Below, piece after piece: positions 36,258-46,000 of a stretch of 64,000 nucleotides of DNA; the stretch's first letter is position 1; every line of letters starts with the position of its first letter. The position numbers and the translations under genes are program-made. Source of the stretch: Clostridia bacterium (GTDB taxonomy: Bacteria; Bacillota; Clostridia; Christensenellales; CAG-138). Where the stretch lies: the NCBI GenBank assembly GCA_017614315.1, contig JAGACA010000007.1, positions 68,433 through 132,432 on the forward strand, written 5' to 3'. The notes beneath the pieces were generated by a model. It searched no databases. It saw only the letters and a list, made by a program, of their open reading frames with translations, and was not told the DNA's origin.

Positions 36258-36926
36258 TCAGCGCTCTTTCGCTTTGGGCTTGGACTTCTGCCTGCTTTTG
36301 CTCTTTTCGCGTGGACGGTCCTTCTGCTTTTTGCGCTCGCGTTCCAGCTTTCGCTTGTTCTCCTCGAGCTTCTTCTCTACAGAAGGCTTACTGCTGCTCT
36401 TTGGGACGTCCCTGCGGGTAGAGCTGTCCCTGCATTCGTCGGAGTCTGCTTTCGACGGAGTATCGTTTTTTTTTGAATCATCGGAGGTCTTACCAAAGTT
36501 CATATCCAGTTTCTCCTTTTCCCGATCGTTAAGGATCTCTGCGTGGGCGCCGGAACCGGGCTCGACGTTACCGAATCCGATCCTGTTCAGAATATGGTTT
36601 GCAAAATTAAGTTGCCTCGAACCAAGCACGATATCCACTTTCCCGTCCTTGCTCTTGGTGTTGAGGAACGGCGCGTAGGTGATTTTTTTGCGTGCCTGTT
36701 TACTGAAACTGTCGTACTGCTCCTTTGTAAGGGACAGTACATGCAGTTCGTCACCGCTTGTAAGGAGCTTGGGCAGGCTCGTTTTGCCGACATGCTTCTT
36801 TTCCTTGTTTCTCCATGCGATCAGCAGAGCGGCAAGGTTTTTTGCTCCGTCGCCTAATAGACGGATGACTACTTCCACGCCGTTCAGTGTCATTTTCACG
36901 ACTTCTTCAGCCGCGTCTCCATTCAT
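36258..36926 (-). CDS. PcfB-family conjugation protein
   Basis: 222 aa. N-terminus VVKMTLNGVEVVIRLLGDGAKNLAALL...HVLSLTKEQYDSF matches the PcfB/DUF3801 pattern. Lys-rich tail. Confidence 0.65.
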   Translation of the reverse strand: MNGDAAEEVVKMTLNGVEVVIRLLGDGAKNLAALLIAWRNKEKKHVGKTSLPKLLTSGDELHVLSLTKEQYDSFSKQARKKITYAPFLNTKSKDGKVDIVLGSRQLNFANHILNRIGFGNVEPGSGAHAEILNDREKEKLDMNFGKTSDDSKKNDTPSKADSDECRDSSTRRDVPKSSSKPSVEKKLEENKRKLERERKKQKDRPREKSKSRQKSKPKAKER

Positions 36927-36946
36927 ATAGTTCTTTCTCCTTTCGA

Positions 36947-38338
36947 TTAGTATAGTTCACGGTTGTTTGTTCGCTCGTACCGGTCATGTGTTTGCTCTTC
37001 AGGCTCCCTGAGCTCTTCGGCAATATGAGGAATATCTCTCCTCACGTTCCTGATGATCGTCAATTCGGAACGGAGCTCCCGAAGCTGACGGTTCACTTCG
37101 GCTATGCGTTTATACACCTCGGATTGTTCACGGAAGAGTTCTTCGCGGTCTATACCGTCAAGCAGTTCTTCAGCTGCAAGGTATTTGCGGTATTCTTCTT
37201 CGACGCCTGTCACTCCTTCGGCATACAGTTGCGCAGCTTCGGAATAGTAGGCCGAATCGGATAACGCGTCATATAGCTTCTTTCTGCGCTTCTTCTGACT
37301 GTTCCAAATGATACGGCTCTTGGTCAGTCTCTCGATCTCGGCATTGATCGCCTTTTCCCGGTCGTCGAGCTGGCTTTCGTTGTCGATACCGTATTTGCGG
37401 AGGAATTCTTCGTCACGCTTGTATTGCTCGAACCTCAGGACGTCCTTCGTGCTGACGCGGTAGTTTGTTTCTTTCCCGCTGCGGATGATGCCCAGAACAT
37501 ACATCCATGAGGTCACAAGCGCCATGAACCCGTGCTGCTTACCGTGCGCTTTGTAAGGAACGAACTCTCTCCGCCGGATCACTACATCGGGAGCTCCGAC
37601 AAGCATGCCGTTCATGATGATCTCCTCGATCTGCTCTTCGGTAAGGGATATGCCTTCCTGCTTCGCGCGGAAACCGTATTTTGCTCCGGGCGGAACGAAG
37701 GTCGGGTACTTGCTGTCGTGACGGATCTTGTAGCCCTTCTGCTGCATGAGCGCATAGAAGTTGCCCAAGTCATAAGCGTCATGGAGGCATTCGTTGAGGT
37801 TGATCTCAAACAGCTCACGGTTTGTGTATGCGCCTGACTTCTGAAGCAGATGCTCGATATACGACATGGCTTTGCCGCTTGTCTCGTAGATGACGGAGAG
37901 ACCGTATTCCTTACAGAGACTGTCGGATACAGCACGGATCCCCTTGTAATAATCCGTCATCGTAGCGGTGTACTTCATGCCGTTTATCTTGTTCACGGAA
38001 TTGAAAATGATATGATTGTGGACGTGGTCCTTATCGGTATGAGTGCCCATAACGACCTCGTATCCGTCAAGAAACTCGGCTATGAATCTGCGCCCTATCT
38101 CATGCGCAAGTTCAGGCGACAGCTCGCCGATGGGGAAGCTCTGGATCAGGTGGTATGCCTGTACGCCGTCCCTTTTCCCATAACGGTCTTTGGTTGCAAG
38201 CCATTCGCGTGCCGCCGTTTTTGTATCGCAGAGAACTGATGCAACATACTTGAGTTCGGCTGTCTTCTCCGGATTGATGACGTATTTGACGAGCTTGTCG
38301 ATACGCATTTTCTTGGGGAGTATGAATGTTACAGCCAT
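36947..38338 (-). CDS. Relaxase/mobilization nuclease
   Basis: 463 aa. AYHLIQSF and the histidine triad GTHTDKDHVHNHIIFNSV. Confidence 0.9.
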   Translation of the reverse strand: MAVTFILPKKMRIDKLVKYVINPEKTAELKYVASVLCDTKTAAREWLATKDRYGKRDGVQAYHLIQSFPIGELSPELAHEIGRRFIAEFLDGYEVVMGTHTDKDHVHNHIIFNSVNKINGMKYTATMTDYYKGIRAVSDSLCKEYGLSVIYETSGKAMSYIEHLLQKSGAYTNRELFEINLNECLHDAYDLGNFYALMQQKGYKIRHDSKYPTFVPPGAKYGFRAKQEGISLTEEQIEEIIMNGMLVGAPDVVIRRREFVPYKAHGKQHGFMALVTSWMYVLGIIRSGKETNYRVSTKDVLRFEQYKRDEEFLRKYGIDNESQLDDREKAINAEIERLTKSRIIWNSQKKRRKKLYDALSDSAYYSEAAQLYAEGVTGVEEEYRKYLAAEELLDGIDREELFREQSEVYKRIAEVNRQLRELRSELTIIRNVRRDIPHIAEELREPEEQTHDRYERTNNRELY

Positions 38339-38649
38339 TTCTTTGACATTCCTTTCACGATGAGTTTTACATCCTTCAGCAGTTTCTTCGCTTCATCGAA
38401 CTGCTCCGGAGTAATCCCGCCGTTGGCGTTTGCCCAGTGCGCGATCTGATTGATATTGATGCCGATGTGATCGACCGACTGCCTGAACTCCAGGAAGTCG
38501 ACCTTAGGACGTTCCCTGATCTCAACGCCCATTATGAGGTTCCGTATCAAAGCCGAATAGCATAAACCGGTCTGTTTACAGAGCTCGTCGAGCCTTTTTC
38601 TTTCCTGCTCGTTTACCATGACCAAAAGCTGCAACGGACGGTTTCTCAT
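38329..38649 (-). CDS. mobC: MobC-like relaxosome accessory protein
   Basis: 106 aa. RHH-like N-terminus, then IGININQIAHWANANGG. 10-nt overlap with the relaxase start. Confidence 0.75.
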   Translation of the reverse strand: MRNRPLQLLVMVNEQERKRLDELCKQTGLCYSALIRNLIMGVEIRERPKVDFLEFRQSVDHIGININQIAHWANANGGITPEQFDEAKKLLKDVKLIVKGMSKKWL

Positions 38650-38798
38650 TTGATCACCCCGCTATGCGGCATAAGGTTTCAGGGCGAGAGTCCCTGACAA
38701 GCCGGGATTGCATATGCAAATCCCATGCTTGCAAGCAAGGACAATCGCCCTGCTGATTGTCCCATCGGGGGGTTGGTCGGAGAAACGGCCTCCGGCGT
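38650..38798. other. Candidate oriT
   Basis: Non-coding gap just upstream of mobC containing four inverted repeats: 38680-38696 (CAGGG..CCCTG), 38704-38724 (GGGATTGCAT/ATGCAAATCCC), 38727-38736 (GCTTGCAAGC) and 38740-38761 (GACAATC..GATTGTC). Confidence 0.5.
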
Positions 38799-39158
38799 TC
38801 AGTCCTCGTCATCCGATTCGGACTGCAGGAAATCACCGATGCGTTCGATACCGTCAAGAGTCGTGATAACGATACCGAGTCTCCTTGCGAGTTCGATCTC
38901 TCTTGTCATCACCTCCGAATTGGTCTTGCCGCAAACGACCACGACACGGCAACGCCTCAGCATATCGGACGCCATTGTGATACAGTCGTTGTGTTCTGCG
39001 GGCACGTTATTGTTCACGAACTGCGGGAAGAGCAGGTGCGGGGCTACGGGAAGGTAGCCGAGCTCGTAAAGCTTCCGGCAATAGCCGCGGACCTTCTTGT
39101 TGTTGTTTCCGGTCTCACCGATGGTGGGTGCGCATACATATGCAAAGGGTCTGTTCAT
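38799..39158 (-). CDS. Nucleoside 2-deoxyribosyltransferase-like (DUF4406-type) protein
   Basis: 119 aa. AYVCAPTIGETGNN...GYLPVAPHLLF...CRVVVVCG..SEVMTREIELA pattern. Call made by eye. Confidence 0.4.
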   Translation of the reverse strand: MNRPFAYVCAPTIGETGNNNKKVRGYCRKLYELGYLPVAPHLLFPQFVNNNVPAEHNDCITMASDMLRRCRVVVVCGKTNSEVMTREIELARRLGIVITTLDGIERIGDFLQSESDDED

Positions 39159-39232
39159 ATTCTTTTTCCTTTCGATTTTGTTTTAATGTAGTAGGGACCG
39201 GTCGCCCGGTCCCTTTGATAGTTGTTGTTCGG

Positions 39233-39976
39233 TTATCGTTCTTCGCCGGAGGGAATGGGATGTTCTTCGACGCCGTCCGGCATCCGGTATTCGTATGAGC
39301 TCCCGTCCTTTGAGGGGACGAAACCCAGTTCATCAAGACTGACTCCGTAGATGTCTGCTGAAAGCCTGTAGGCTTCGATAGAGCCGTCCGCGGGGACGTA
39401 GGTGTCGATCATGTTTCCGCCCTTGAATACGGCGCGTCCGACGTTACTGCCGATATCTTCGTCGGCCCATCCGTACCGGACCGTCACATCGGGGAAACGC
39501 TCGGAGATCTTCGAAATGATCTTGGGCACGCTGCACCATGCGGTGAAGAAGGCCAGCATCTGCCTGTCGGTATCGATCCTGTCACAGTCATACGCGTTCC
39601 ACTTGGTTCCCCAATTGTCATAGGACCACTCGTACCAGGTCTTCGCTCCGTACTTTTTGAGGTTATCGTAGTACTTCTTGCCGAGATCCCAGGATTCGGG
39701 ATCGTTCAGCTTTGCTTTGCATTTTGCCTCGGCATTTGCGATCGACTGGGGATCGAGTCCTTCGGTAATGTGGACGAACGAAACATAGGCCGCGTATCCG
39801 CGTTCTCCCGAAGATCCCGCTTCGATATTCAGCTCCTTCGGCATGGGGATCAGCGTGTTGAAATCAACATGCCCGAGCGGTTCGTCCTTGTTGTCTCCGC
39901 GAAGGAATTCGGCGATCTCCATGAAACGCTCCGGAGAACATTCGAAAACAAGCTCATTCGTAATATGATTGGGCAT
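39233..39976 (-). CDS. DUF1281-like protein
   Basis: Start re-set to the ATG at 39976 (GAGGTG upstream). The track N-terminal extension overlaps the primase gene. MPNHITNELVFEC... is the N-terminus typical of this family. Confidence 0.4.
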   Translation of the reverse strand: MPNHITNELVFECSPERFMEIAEFLRGDNKDEPLGHVDFNTLIPMPKELNIEAGSSGERGYAAYVSFVHITEGLDPQSIANAEAKCKAKLNDPESWDLGKKYYDNLKKYGAKTWYEWSYDNWGTKWNAYDCDRIDTDRQMLAFFTAWCSVPKIISKISERFPDVTVRYGWADEDIGSNVGRAVFKGGNMIDTYVPADGSIEAYRLSADIYGVSLDELGFVPSKDGSSYEYRMPDGVEEHPIPSGEER

Positions 39977-39980
39977 ATAA

Positions 39981-40982
39981 TCACCTCTCGTTTTCGGGTT
40001 CCGCCTTCTTGCGTTCCCTGAACTGCTGCTGACGGTAAAGAAGCTCTTCGTTATAGTCCTTACCGATCGCAGCGGGATGATCGTAGATATAGTACTTATC
40101 TCCGAGCTCATCGCCGAATCGCTGCTCGAGCATGCCCTTGATGTTCTCCGTCGCAGTGCGTCCCTGCGCATCGTTGTCGAGCGCAAGATTTACAAAGCAG
40201 ACGTCGGGATGCGTATCCAGGAAGTGCATGAGCGCGTTGGGGCAAAGACCGCCGAGGGAGATGCGGTGCGTCGAGTAGTGTTTCTTCCCGTAGTTTGCCA
40301 TGGTTGCATGCGAGAGTGCGTCGATCGCGCTTTCAAACACGTACACGGATTTGCTGTTCCCGTCGGGGATCATGAATGCGTAGGTCTTGTCACTGCCGGG
40401 AGCGTCATGCTTGCCGTCTCCGGTAACGGAACGGGTACAGGCATACCTTGCGACGCCGTCTTCGTCCTTGCCGACGAACACGACTGCGGGAGGGCACTGT
40501 TTGGCTTCATATTCGCCGTTCTCATTCTGCTGCCAGAACATATTGGTCTGGTAGATCGTGCCTTCGTCGATGCACTTCTTGACCTTGCGGGCGTCGATAC
40601 CTCTGCCTTTAAGATATTTGAATGCGGCGTTGTTGTCGGGAGCGGGCTCGGGGAGCTTAAGCTCCTTAGCGGCAGTAATCTCGACAGGCTTCGCCTCGGG
40701 ATACCTGGCTTCGTTTTCGCCTAGCTCCTCGGGTTCGCCGACAAGCTCACGCATAGCCTCGAGGAAAGGCCTTTTCTCATATTCCATGAGGAAGGAGAGC
40801 GTTTTGCCGCCCTTGTTCTGGCTGAACCAGATCCACTGATTCCCGCGGATGTAGAGACTGTCATGCTCGGCGAGCTTGAACTGCCGGCCTTCGCGCTTCA
40901 GTTCATACCCGTGCGACTGTAAATATGCGACCAGGTCGGTTTTGTTCGCCCGGTCGATCTGTTCGGGTGTGTATCTTCTCAT
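39981..40982 (-). CDS. DUF3991/Toprim-domain primase-like protein
   Basis: 333 aa. N-terminus DLVAYLQSHGYELKREGRQFKLAEHDSLYI and a C-terminal Toprim-like segment VYVFESAIDALS...NLALDNDAQG. Confidence 0.7.
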   Translation of the reverse strand: MRRYTPEQIDRANKTDLVAYLQSHGYELKREGRQFKLAEHDSLYIRGNQWIWFSQNKGGKTLSFLMEYEKRPFLEAMRELVGEPEELGENEARYPEAKPVEITAAKELKLPEPAPDNNAAFKYLKGRGIDARKVKKCIDEGTIYQTNMFWQQNENGEYEAKQCPPAVVFVGKDEDGVARYACTRSVTGDGKHDAPGSDKTYAFMIPDGNSKSVYVFESAIDALSHATMANYGKKHYSTHRISLGGLCPNALMHFLDTHPDVCFVNLALDNDAQGRTATENIKGMLEQRFGDELGDKYYIYDHPAAIGKDYNEELLYRQQQFRERKKAEPENER

Positions 40983-40996
40983 CTTATTCCTTTCTT

Positions 40997-41356
40997 TTAT
41001 CTTTCTTCTTCGTGAGAGGGGAGCGGAGCGTCTTTTGAATAACGTTTCATGAATTCCGGAAGCGTTACGCAGCTGTCGACTCCGTAATTGATCTCATCGC
41101 CGTCCATATAGATGCGGCCCTCTTCACCGAGGTCGAACGGTCTGAGTGTCAGGACGCTCCCCCAGTGATTGACTATTATCCGTCTGGCGAGTTCGCAGGC
41201 TATGCCCTGACACTCGTCGTCGTGCCTGATCTCGTATTTATAGACTCCGACGGGTATGGTCTCGGGATCGATCCTGAGGCAAGTGAAAAGAGCGGGTTCG
41301 TCGAAGATCGTGATCTCCTCAAACCGCTCCGTCATCGCGTCAACATATTTGCTCAT
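40997..41356 (-). CDS. Small leading-region protein (LPD28-like?)
   Basis: 119 aa. EITIFDEPALFTCLRIDPETIPVGVYKYEIRHDD pattern as seen on Firmicutes ICEs. Weak family call. Confidence 0.4.
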   Translation of the reverse strand: MSKYVDAMTERFEEITIFDEPALFTCLRIDPETIPVGVYKYEIRHDDECQGIACELARRIIVNHWGSVLTLRPFDLGEEGRIYMDGDEINYGVDSCVTLPEFMKRYSKDAPLPSHEEER

Positions 41357-41359
41357 CTG

Positions 41360-41776
41360 TTACCGCTCCTCAAAGCAGGGAGGGCGTTCCTGCGTCTTGT
41401 GGGAAATATCTATCTCCCGCATCTGAAGGGCGACCATGTGCCCGCCTGCCATTATGAACTTCTCGGGATAGAGGAAGTGCTCCTTATACTTATCCATGAG
41501 GTCCTTGCTCAGTCCGTCGAAATCATCTTCGCTGAGACCTACGACAAGGAAGGTGCCCGCGACCACATCGTAAATGGCGCCGTCCTCGTCGGTCAAAGCA
41601 CGGTTCAGGGGGAGACCGTCGAGCTTGCCTTCCTCGTTGCAGATTATTGCGACTTCATCGTCAAATGGATAAAGAGCCTCGATCCAGCCTCCGACTTCGT
41701 GCTGAAGGCTTTCAAGACCGGGATCTATCTCCTTTTCATACGGTTCTTTCATTGGTTCTACTACAAGTACGTTCAA
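41360..41776 (-). CDS. DUF3846-domain protein
   Basis: 138 aa. LVVEPMKEPYEKEIDPGLESLQHEVGGWIEALYPFDDEVAIICNEEGKL. Confidence 0.55.
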   Translation of the reverse strand: MNVLVVEPMKEPYEKEIDPGLESLQHEVGGWIEALYPFDDEVAIICNEEGKLDGLPLNRALTDEDGAIYDVVAGTFLVVGLSEDDFDGLSKDLMDKYKEHFLYPEKFIMAGGHMVALQMREIDISHKTQERPPCFEER

Positions 41777-42492
41777 CGTGCATCATCTCCTTTATACTGT
41801 TTTTCGGGTCTCTTATCCGGCATTACCGGAGTAACGGGTTCGACTTTGGCTTTCGATTCGGCCATTTTCTCGGCAAATTCGCAGATATGGTACATGTTCT
41901 TTCCGATCTCAACGTGATAATCGTCGATATACCTGCAGGTGCGGTTGATGGTTCTACCGTCAGGGTATGTTATTCGGACGGTACCGCCGTCGGGCATCCG
42001 GAACAGCTCGTTATAGCCGGGATCGATGAAGCGGATACCGCGTTCGGCCTGCTTCATGTGATAATTGAGCCAGTCGGCGACATAGGCGTATATGTAGACG
42101 TTGTAGTCTCCGCGGTTTGAATTGAGGCGCATGAGGTAGGCGTGATCGCCGACGTCAAAACGGTACGCTGTCGAATCCTTTGTCTCCGGGATCGCCGCGG
42201 TCGGATGCCGGAAGCAGAACCTTGCGAGGTTTGCTCGAGTGGAGAGCAGCTTACCGTTTTCCGCCCCGTTCCGGAGCTCGTCGATGATCCCGTTGAACTC
42301 CGCTTTGAAGGCGTCGGTCTTCAGCTCCTTGCAGTGATCTTCCCATGTCGAAAAGAACTCGTCTCCGTCCGGACCGAAGTCAGCTCTGAAGTGTCCTATG
42401 CAGCCGGTCTGCGAGGCGATCTGCGAGGACTGCGTGAAGGTGTAGAGCTGCTCAGGCCTTGTGGCTTCCAGTATTTCAATACTCATAGACAC
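41773..42492 (-). CDS. Hypothetical leading-region protein (239 aa)
   Basis: ORF overlaps the downstream start by 4 nt. No motif recognised. Confidence 0.45.
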   Translation of the reverse strand: MSMSIEILEATRPEQLYTFTQSSQIASQTGCIGHFRADFGPDGDEFFSTWEDHCKELKTDAFKAEFNGIIDELRNGAENGKLLSTRANLARFCFRHPTAAIPETKDSTAYRFDVGDHAYLMRLNSNRGDYNVYIYAYVADWLNYHMKQAERGIRFIDPGYNELFRMPDGGTVRITYPDGRTINRTCRYIDDYHVEIGKNMYHICEFAEKMAESKAKVEPVTPVMPDKRPEKQYKGDDAR

Positions 42493-42910
42493 CTATCTCC
42501 CGGTCTTCGCATTTACCCCATGGAGCCCGCCTTTTTTCTGGCAGCGGCAAACAGTCTTCAAGCATCTCAGTTAAAAATGCTCCGGGAGAATCGAATTTGA
42601 AGAATGCTTCCTGATCGATCCATTTCTTTTTCACAGGCTCAAAGTAATGATGCCATATAGTGAATTCCTTATCGACGTACCAGATTTCTCCTCCGAGCGT
42701 ATAGCGCTCTATGTAAACGAGAAAAGGGTAAACGGCTTGTTCGTCAAAGTCTCTCATACCCTTGAACGAAACCGTGTATTCGCCTTCGTGCCTGCAGTCG
42801 ATCTCCACATGATTCATGCATTCGCCGGGGAACATCATTGATATCAGTTTGCCGATAGGGAATTCTTTCTTCAGCGTGATCGATCCTTGTGTAATTACAG
42901 GATTATTCAT
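42476..42910 (-). CDS. Hypothetical protein (144 aa)
   Basis: Start re-set to the ATG at 42910 (AAAGGAAA upstream). The track start at 42925 is a TTG that abuts the upstream terminator (42922-42964). Confidence 0.45.
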   Translation of the reverse strand: MNNPVITQGSITLKKEFPIGKLISMMFPGECMNHVEIDCRHEGEYTVSFKGMRDFDEQAVYPFLVYIERYTLGGEIWYVDKEFTIWHHYFEPVKKKWIDQEAFFKFDSPGAFLTEMLEDCLPLPEKRRAPWGKCEDREIGVYEY

Positions 42911-42921
42911 AAAGTTTCCTT

Positions 42922-42964
42922 TCAAAACGCGGGGCGGGAGAAGGAGGTTTAAGACCCGCCCCGC
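42922..42964 (-). terminator. Rho-independent terminator after the adhesin/mini-ORF
   Basis: Perfect 10-bp GC stem GCGGGGCGGG/CCCGCCCCGC (42929-42938/42955-42964), followed on the minus strand by GTTTTGA. Confidence 0.7.
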
Positions 42965-42972
42965 ATACCGAA

Positions 42973-43068
42973 TTATTTGTCCTTATTCCTCTTGCGGATC
43001 TGGAGGACAACAAATCCGCAGATTATGAACAGGACAAGGGCTATGGCTATGATAGTCTTGACCGGCAT
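42973..43068 (-). CDS. 31-aa single-TM peptide directly after the adhesin gene
   Basis: Not in the ORF track. The ATG at 43068 lies 1 nt after the adhesin stop, with GGAGG 6 nt upstream. Sequence MPVKTIIAIALVLFIICGFVVLQIRKRNKDK. Confidence 0.45.
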   Translation of the reverse strand: MPVKTIIAIALVLFIICGFVVLQIRKRNKDK

Positions 43069-43069
43069 A

Positions 43070-46000
43070 TTACGCCTCCGAAGACTCCTGCTTCTTCTTG
43101 CGGCTTGCGATCACGATGTATGCGACAGCGCCGCCGACAGCGAGGGTAATGCCGCCGACAAGAGCCGGGAATTCCCACCAGTCGGAGTCCATACCGAGCT
43201 TGATGTACTTGCTGTTCTTAATGATCAGCTCGATGGGGTTCGTGAAGGAGGTCTCCTCGGTAATTTCGGCCTTCTGTGCTGCGATCGGGAAGTAACCGTC
43301 GGGGGTCACGACCTCTTCGATCCATACGTAGCCGAGGGGCAGACCGTAGATCACGAGGTCGCCCATCCCATTGACCATGAGGTCGGTGTAAGCGCCGGTG
43401 CCGTCAGCGTTGTAGAAGTAGCTGCCGTCGTCCATGAGGTCGAAGGTGAGGGTGTCGAAGCCCAGACCGTTCCTGACCTTGAGACGGAAGCCCGCCCCGG
43501 AGAGGGGATTTCCGGTCTCCTGATCGATCTTGTGGATGATGAGGCCGGTAGGCGTGTTCTCGACGGTGTAATGAGCGGGGTTCCTTGTCCCGTTCTGATC
43601 GGTGATGCTTACGGAAACGATACCGTCGGAGAGATAACCCGTGGGAACGTTCTCAACGAGGCTGTACTCACCTGCGGGCAGATACCTGATCTCGGCATGA
43701 CCGTTGGCGTCGGTGAAGAAGGTCTCCTCGCCGTTCTCGTCGGGCACACGGTATCCGTTAGCGGTCATGCGGGTCCTGACGATCTCGCCGTTGGAGTCGA
43801 GAAGAGTAAACTCGATACCCGCAAAGGGCTGACCGGTGTAGGTGTTGACCTTATCGATGATGAGGTCGGTAGGCTCATCGGTGATGCTGAGATCGCCGCT
43901 GACGTTGCCGTTCTCATCGACGTCGAAGCTGTAGGTGCGGTTGGAGAGCGCGTAGCCTACGGGAGCAACGGTCTCGATCATGGTGTAGTGCCCTACGGGG
44001 ATCGCCTCAAGACGGATGATACCGCCGTTCCCGGTGGTGACGGTAGCGTACAGCTCGCCGTTAGCGGAGTAGATCTCGAAGGTAGCGCCTTCGAGGAACT
44101 CACCGGTGGCGACGTCCGACTTGCGGATGATGATCTCGTTCTTGCCGTTCGTGCGTTCGATAACGACCGTGTTCTTATCTTCGGTCGTGATAGTCACGTC
44201 AATGACTTCATCGGAGATGACGTAGCCGTCGGGAGCCTTGATCTCACGGATGTGGTAGGTCCCTATGGGCAGGTCGATGGAGACCGCATAGCCGTGGTCG
44301 TCGGTGGTCATCTGGCAATACACGAAGCCTTCATCGTCGTAAACCTCGAATACCGCTCCGGGAAGGCCGATGTGAGTATCGTTCTCATCCAGCTTCCAGA
44401 TCGCGATGTTCGTCTTGAACATGTCGTTGACGATGGGGTTCGAGAAGTAGTAGATGTTATCGATGTATTCCTTATCGCCGGTAAGGTCGACGGGATACGA
44501 TTCGGTAGAGAGGTAGATCGTGGGATCGGGAACGGCGAGCTCGCGGAGATAGTAGTGGCCTGCGGGCAGATCGGTCTTGGTAGAAGCGACGCCGCGATCG
44601 TTGGTGATGAGGATCTCCACGAGTGTATCGATCGGCAGAATACCGATGTTCTCAGCCGTGTAGAGACCGAACACGAAGCCGTTGCCGCCTATGGGCTCGA
44701 AGGACATGCTCTTCCTGTTGAAGAACTCGGTCATCTTCTTGAGCTTCATGGAAGCGTGCTTGCGGGCGTTGTCGAACGTAAGAGTCTCGACTACGACGGG
44801 AGTATCCCCATCCTCGTAGCTTACGGTCACGGTATGGAAGGTCTCATCGCGGACGTAACCTTCGGGCGCGGTGACTTCCACTACCGTGTAAGTGCCGAAA
44901 TCGAGATAATCGGATTCAGCAACGCCGTACTCGTCGGTGGTGATCGTTGCAACAGGGTTCATCTCCGAATCGAAGATTTGGAACACTGCGCCTTCCAGAC
45001 TGCCTGCGGTATAAACGGGAGCGTTAACGGTTCCCCATTCAGTGTCGGAGGTGATGACGGAGGTCATCGCCTCGCCTGTCTTCTCTATGCGGATGCGGCC
45101 CCTTGCGCTCTGGTTTTCGATCTCTATCTCAACAGCGTCATTGAGCGGGATCTCGACGGTATAGACCGTGTTGTCGATCCAGTAGGGCTCGATGGTGGAA
45201 AGCTCCTTAACGTACACGACGCCAACGGGAAGGTCGGAAGCAGAAGCTACGCCGTTGGAACGGGTGGTGACTTCCTTGATGAGGTTTTCACAGGCGAAGT
45301 CAGAGTAGATGCCGAACTTGACGCCGCCGAGAAGCGCGCCGTCGTCGCCCTTCTTGACGATACGGAGGCTGCCGAACGCTTCGGTGTTGACCGAGACGGA
45401 AGCCGTCGCAACGACCTGAGTCGTGGTGGCGCACATGAAGACGTTCTGGAGGTTATCGCCGTTCGGAACGTAGGCGGCCATGTTGGAGATACAGCGGGAG
45501 TCGCTGCCCTCGGCTGCAAGCACGAAGGAGGAGCCGTTGAGGGACTGCGAAGCGGTGATCGTCAGCGTATCGTTGCCGGTACCTGTGTAACCGGAAACGC
45601 TGACGCCGGAAGGCAGTTCGGAGGTATTGAGCGTATAACCGCCGTTGATGTTGGTGAGCGTTACGCGGGTCTGGCCCGTGTAAGACGAGCCGCTCTTGGT
45701 GAGCTGAAGCTCGGAGGGGGTAAAGGTGATGTTGTGGGTGATGGTGTCCCTGTTCCTGGCGTGCTCAAGAAGCTCGTCCGCCCAGGTGAGAACATGCTCG
45801 TAACCGGACTTGGCGCGGATCCAGTCGGGATGCGCCTGACGGTTCGTGAAGCTGAAGGAGCCGGGCTCGCCCTGCTCGGAGAGCCAGAAGCGGATCGCGT
45901 TGGCGGTCGCCTGACGCGCCTCGTCCTCGGTAAAACCATCGGGAAGGTTGCAGGGATAGCCGTACATGAATATCGACTGCAGGCCTTCGAGGGTCATTGT

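Noticed and set aside
38654-38857. 67-aa minus-strand ORF in the mobC upstream gap
   Set aside because: It has no RBS and an Arg/Pro-rich translation. The region is better explained as oriT with four inverted repeats.
39195-39220. GGGACCGG-TCGC-CCGGTCCC hairpin between 39158 and 39233 as a terminator
   Set aside because: On the transcribed (minus) strand it is not followed by a U-tract. The T-rich run is on the non-coding plus strand. It may stabilise mRNA, but I cannot support a terminator call.
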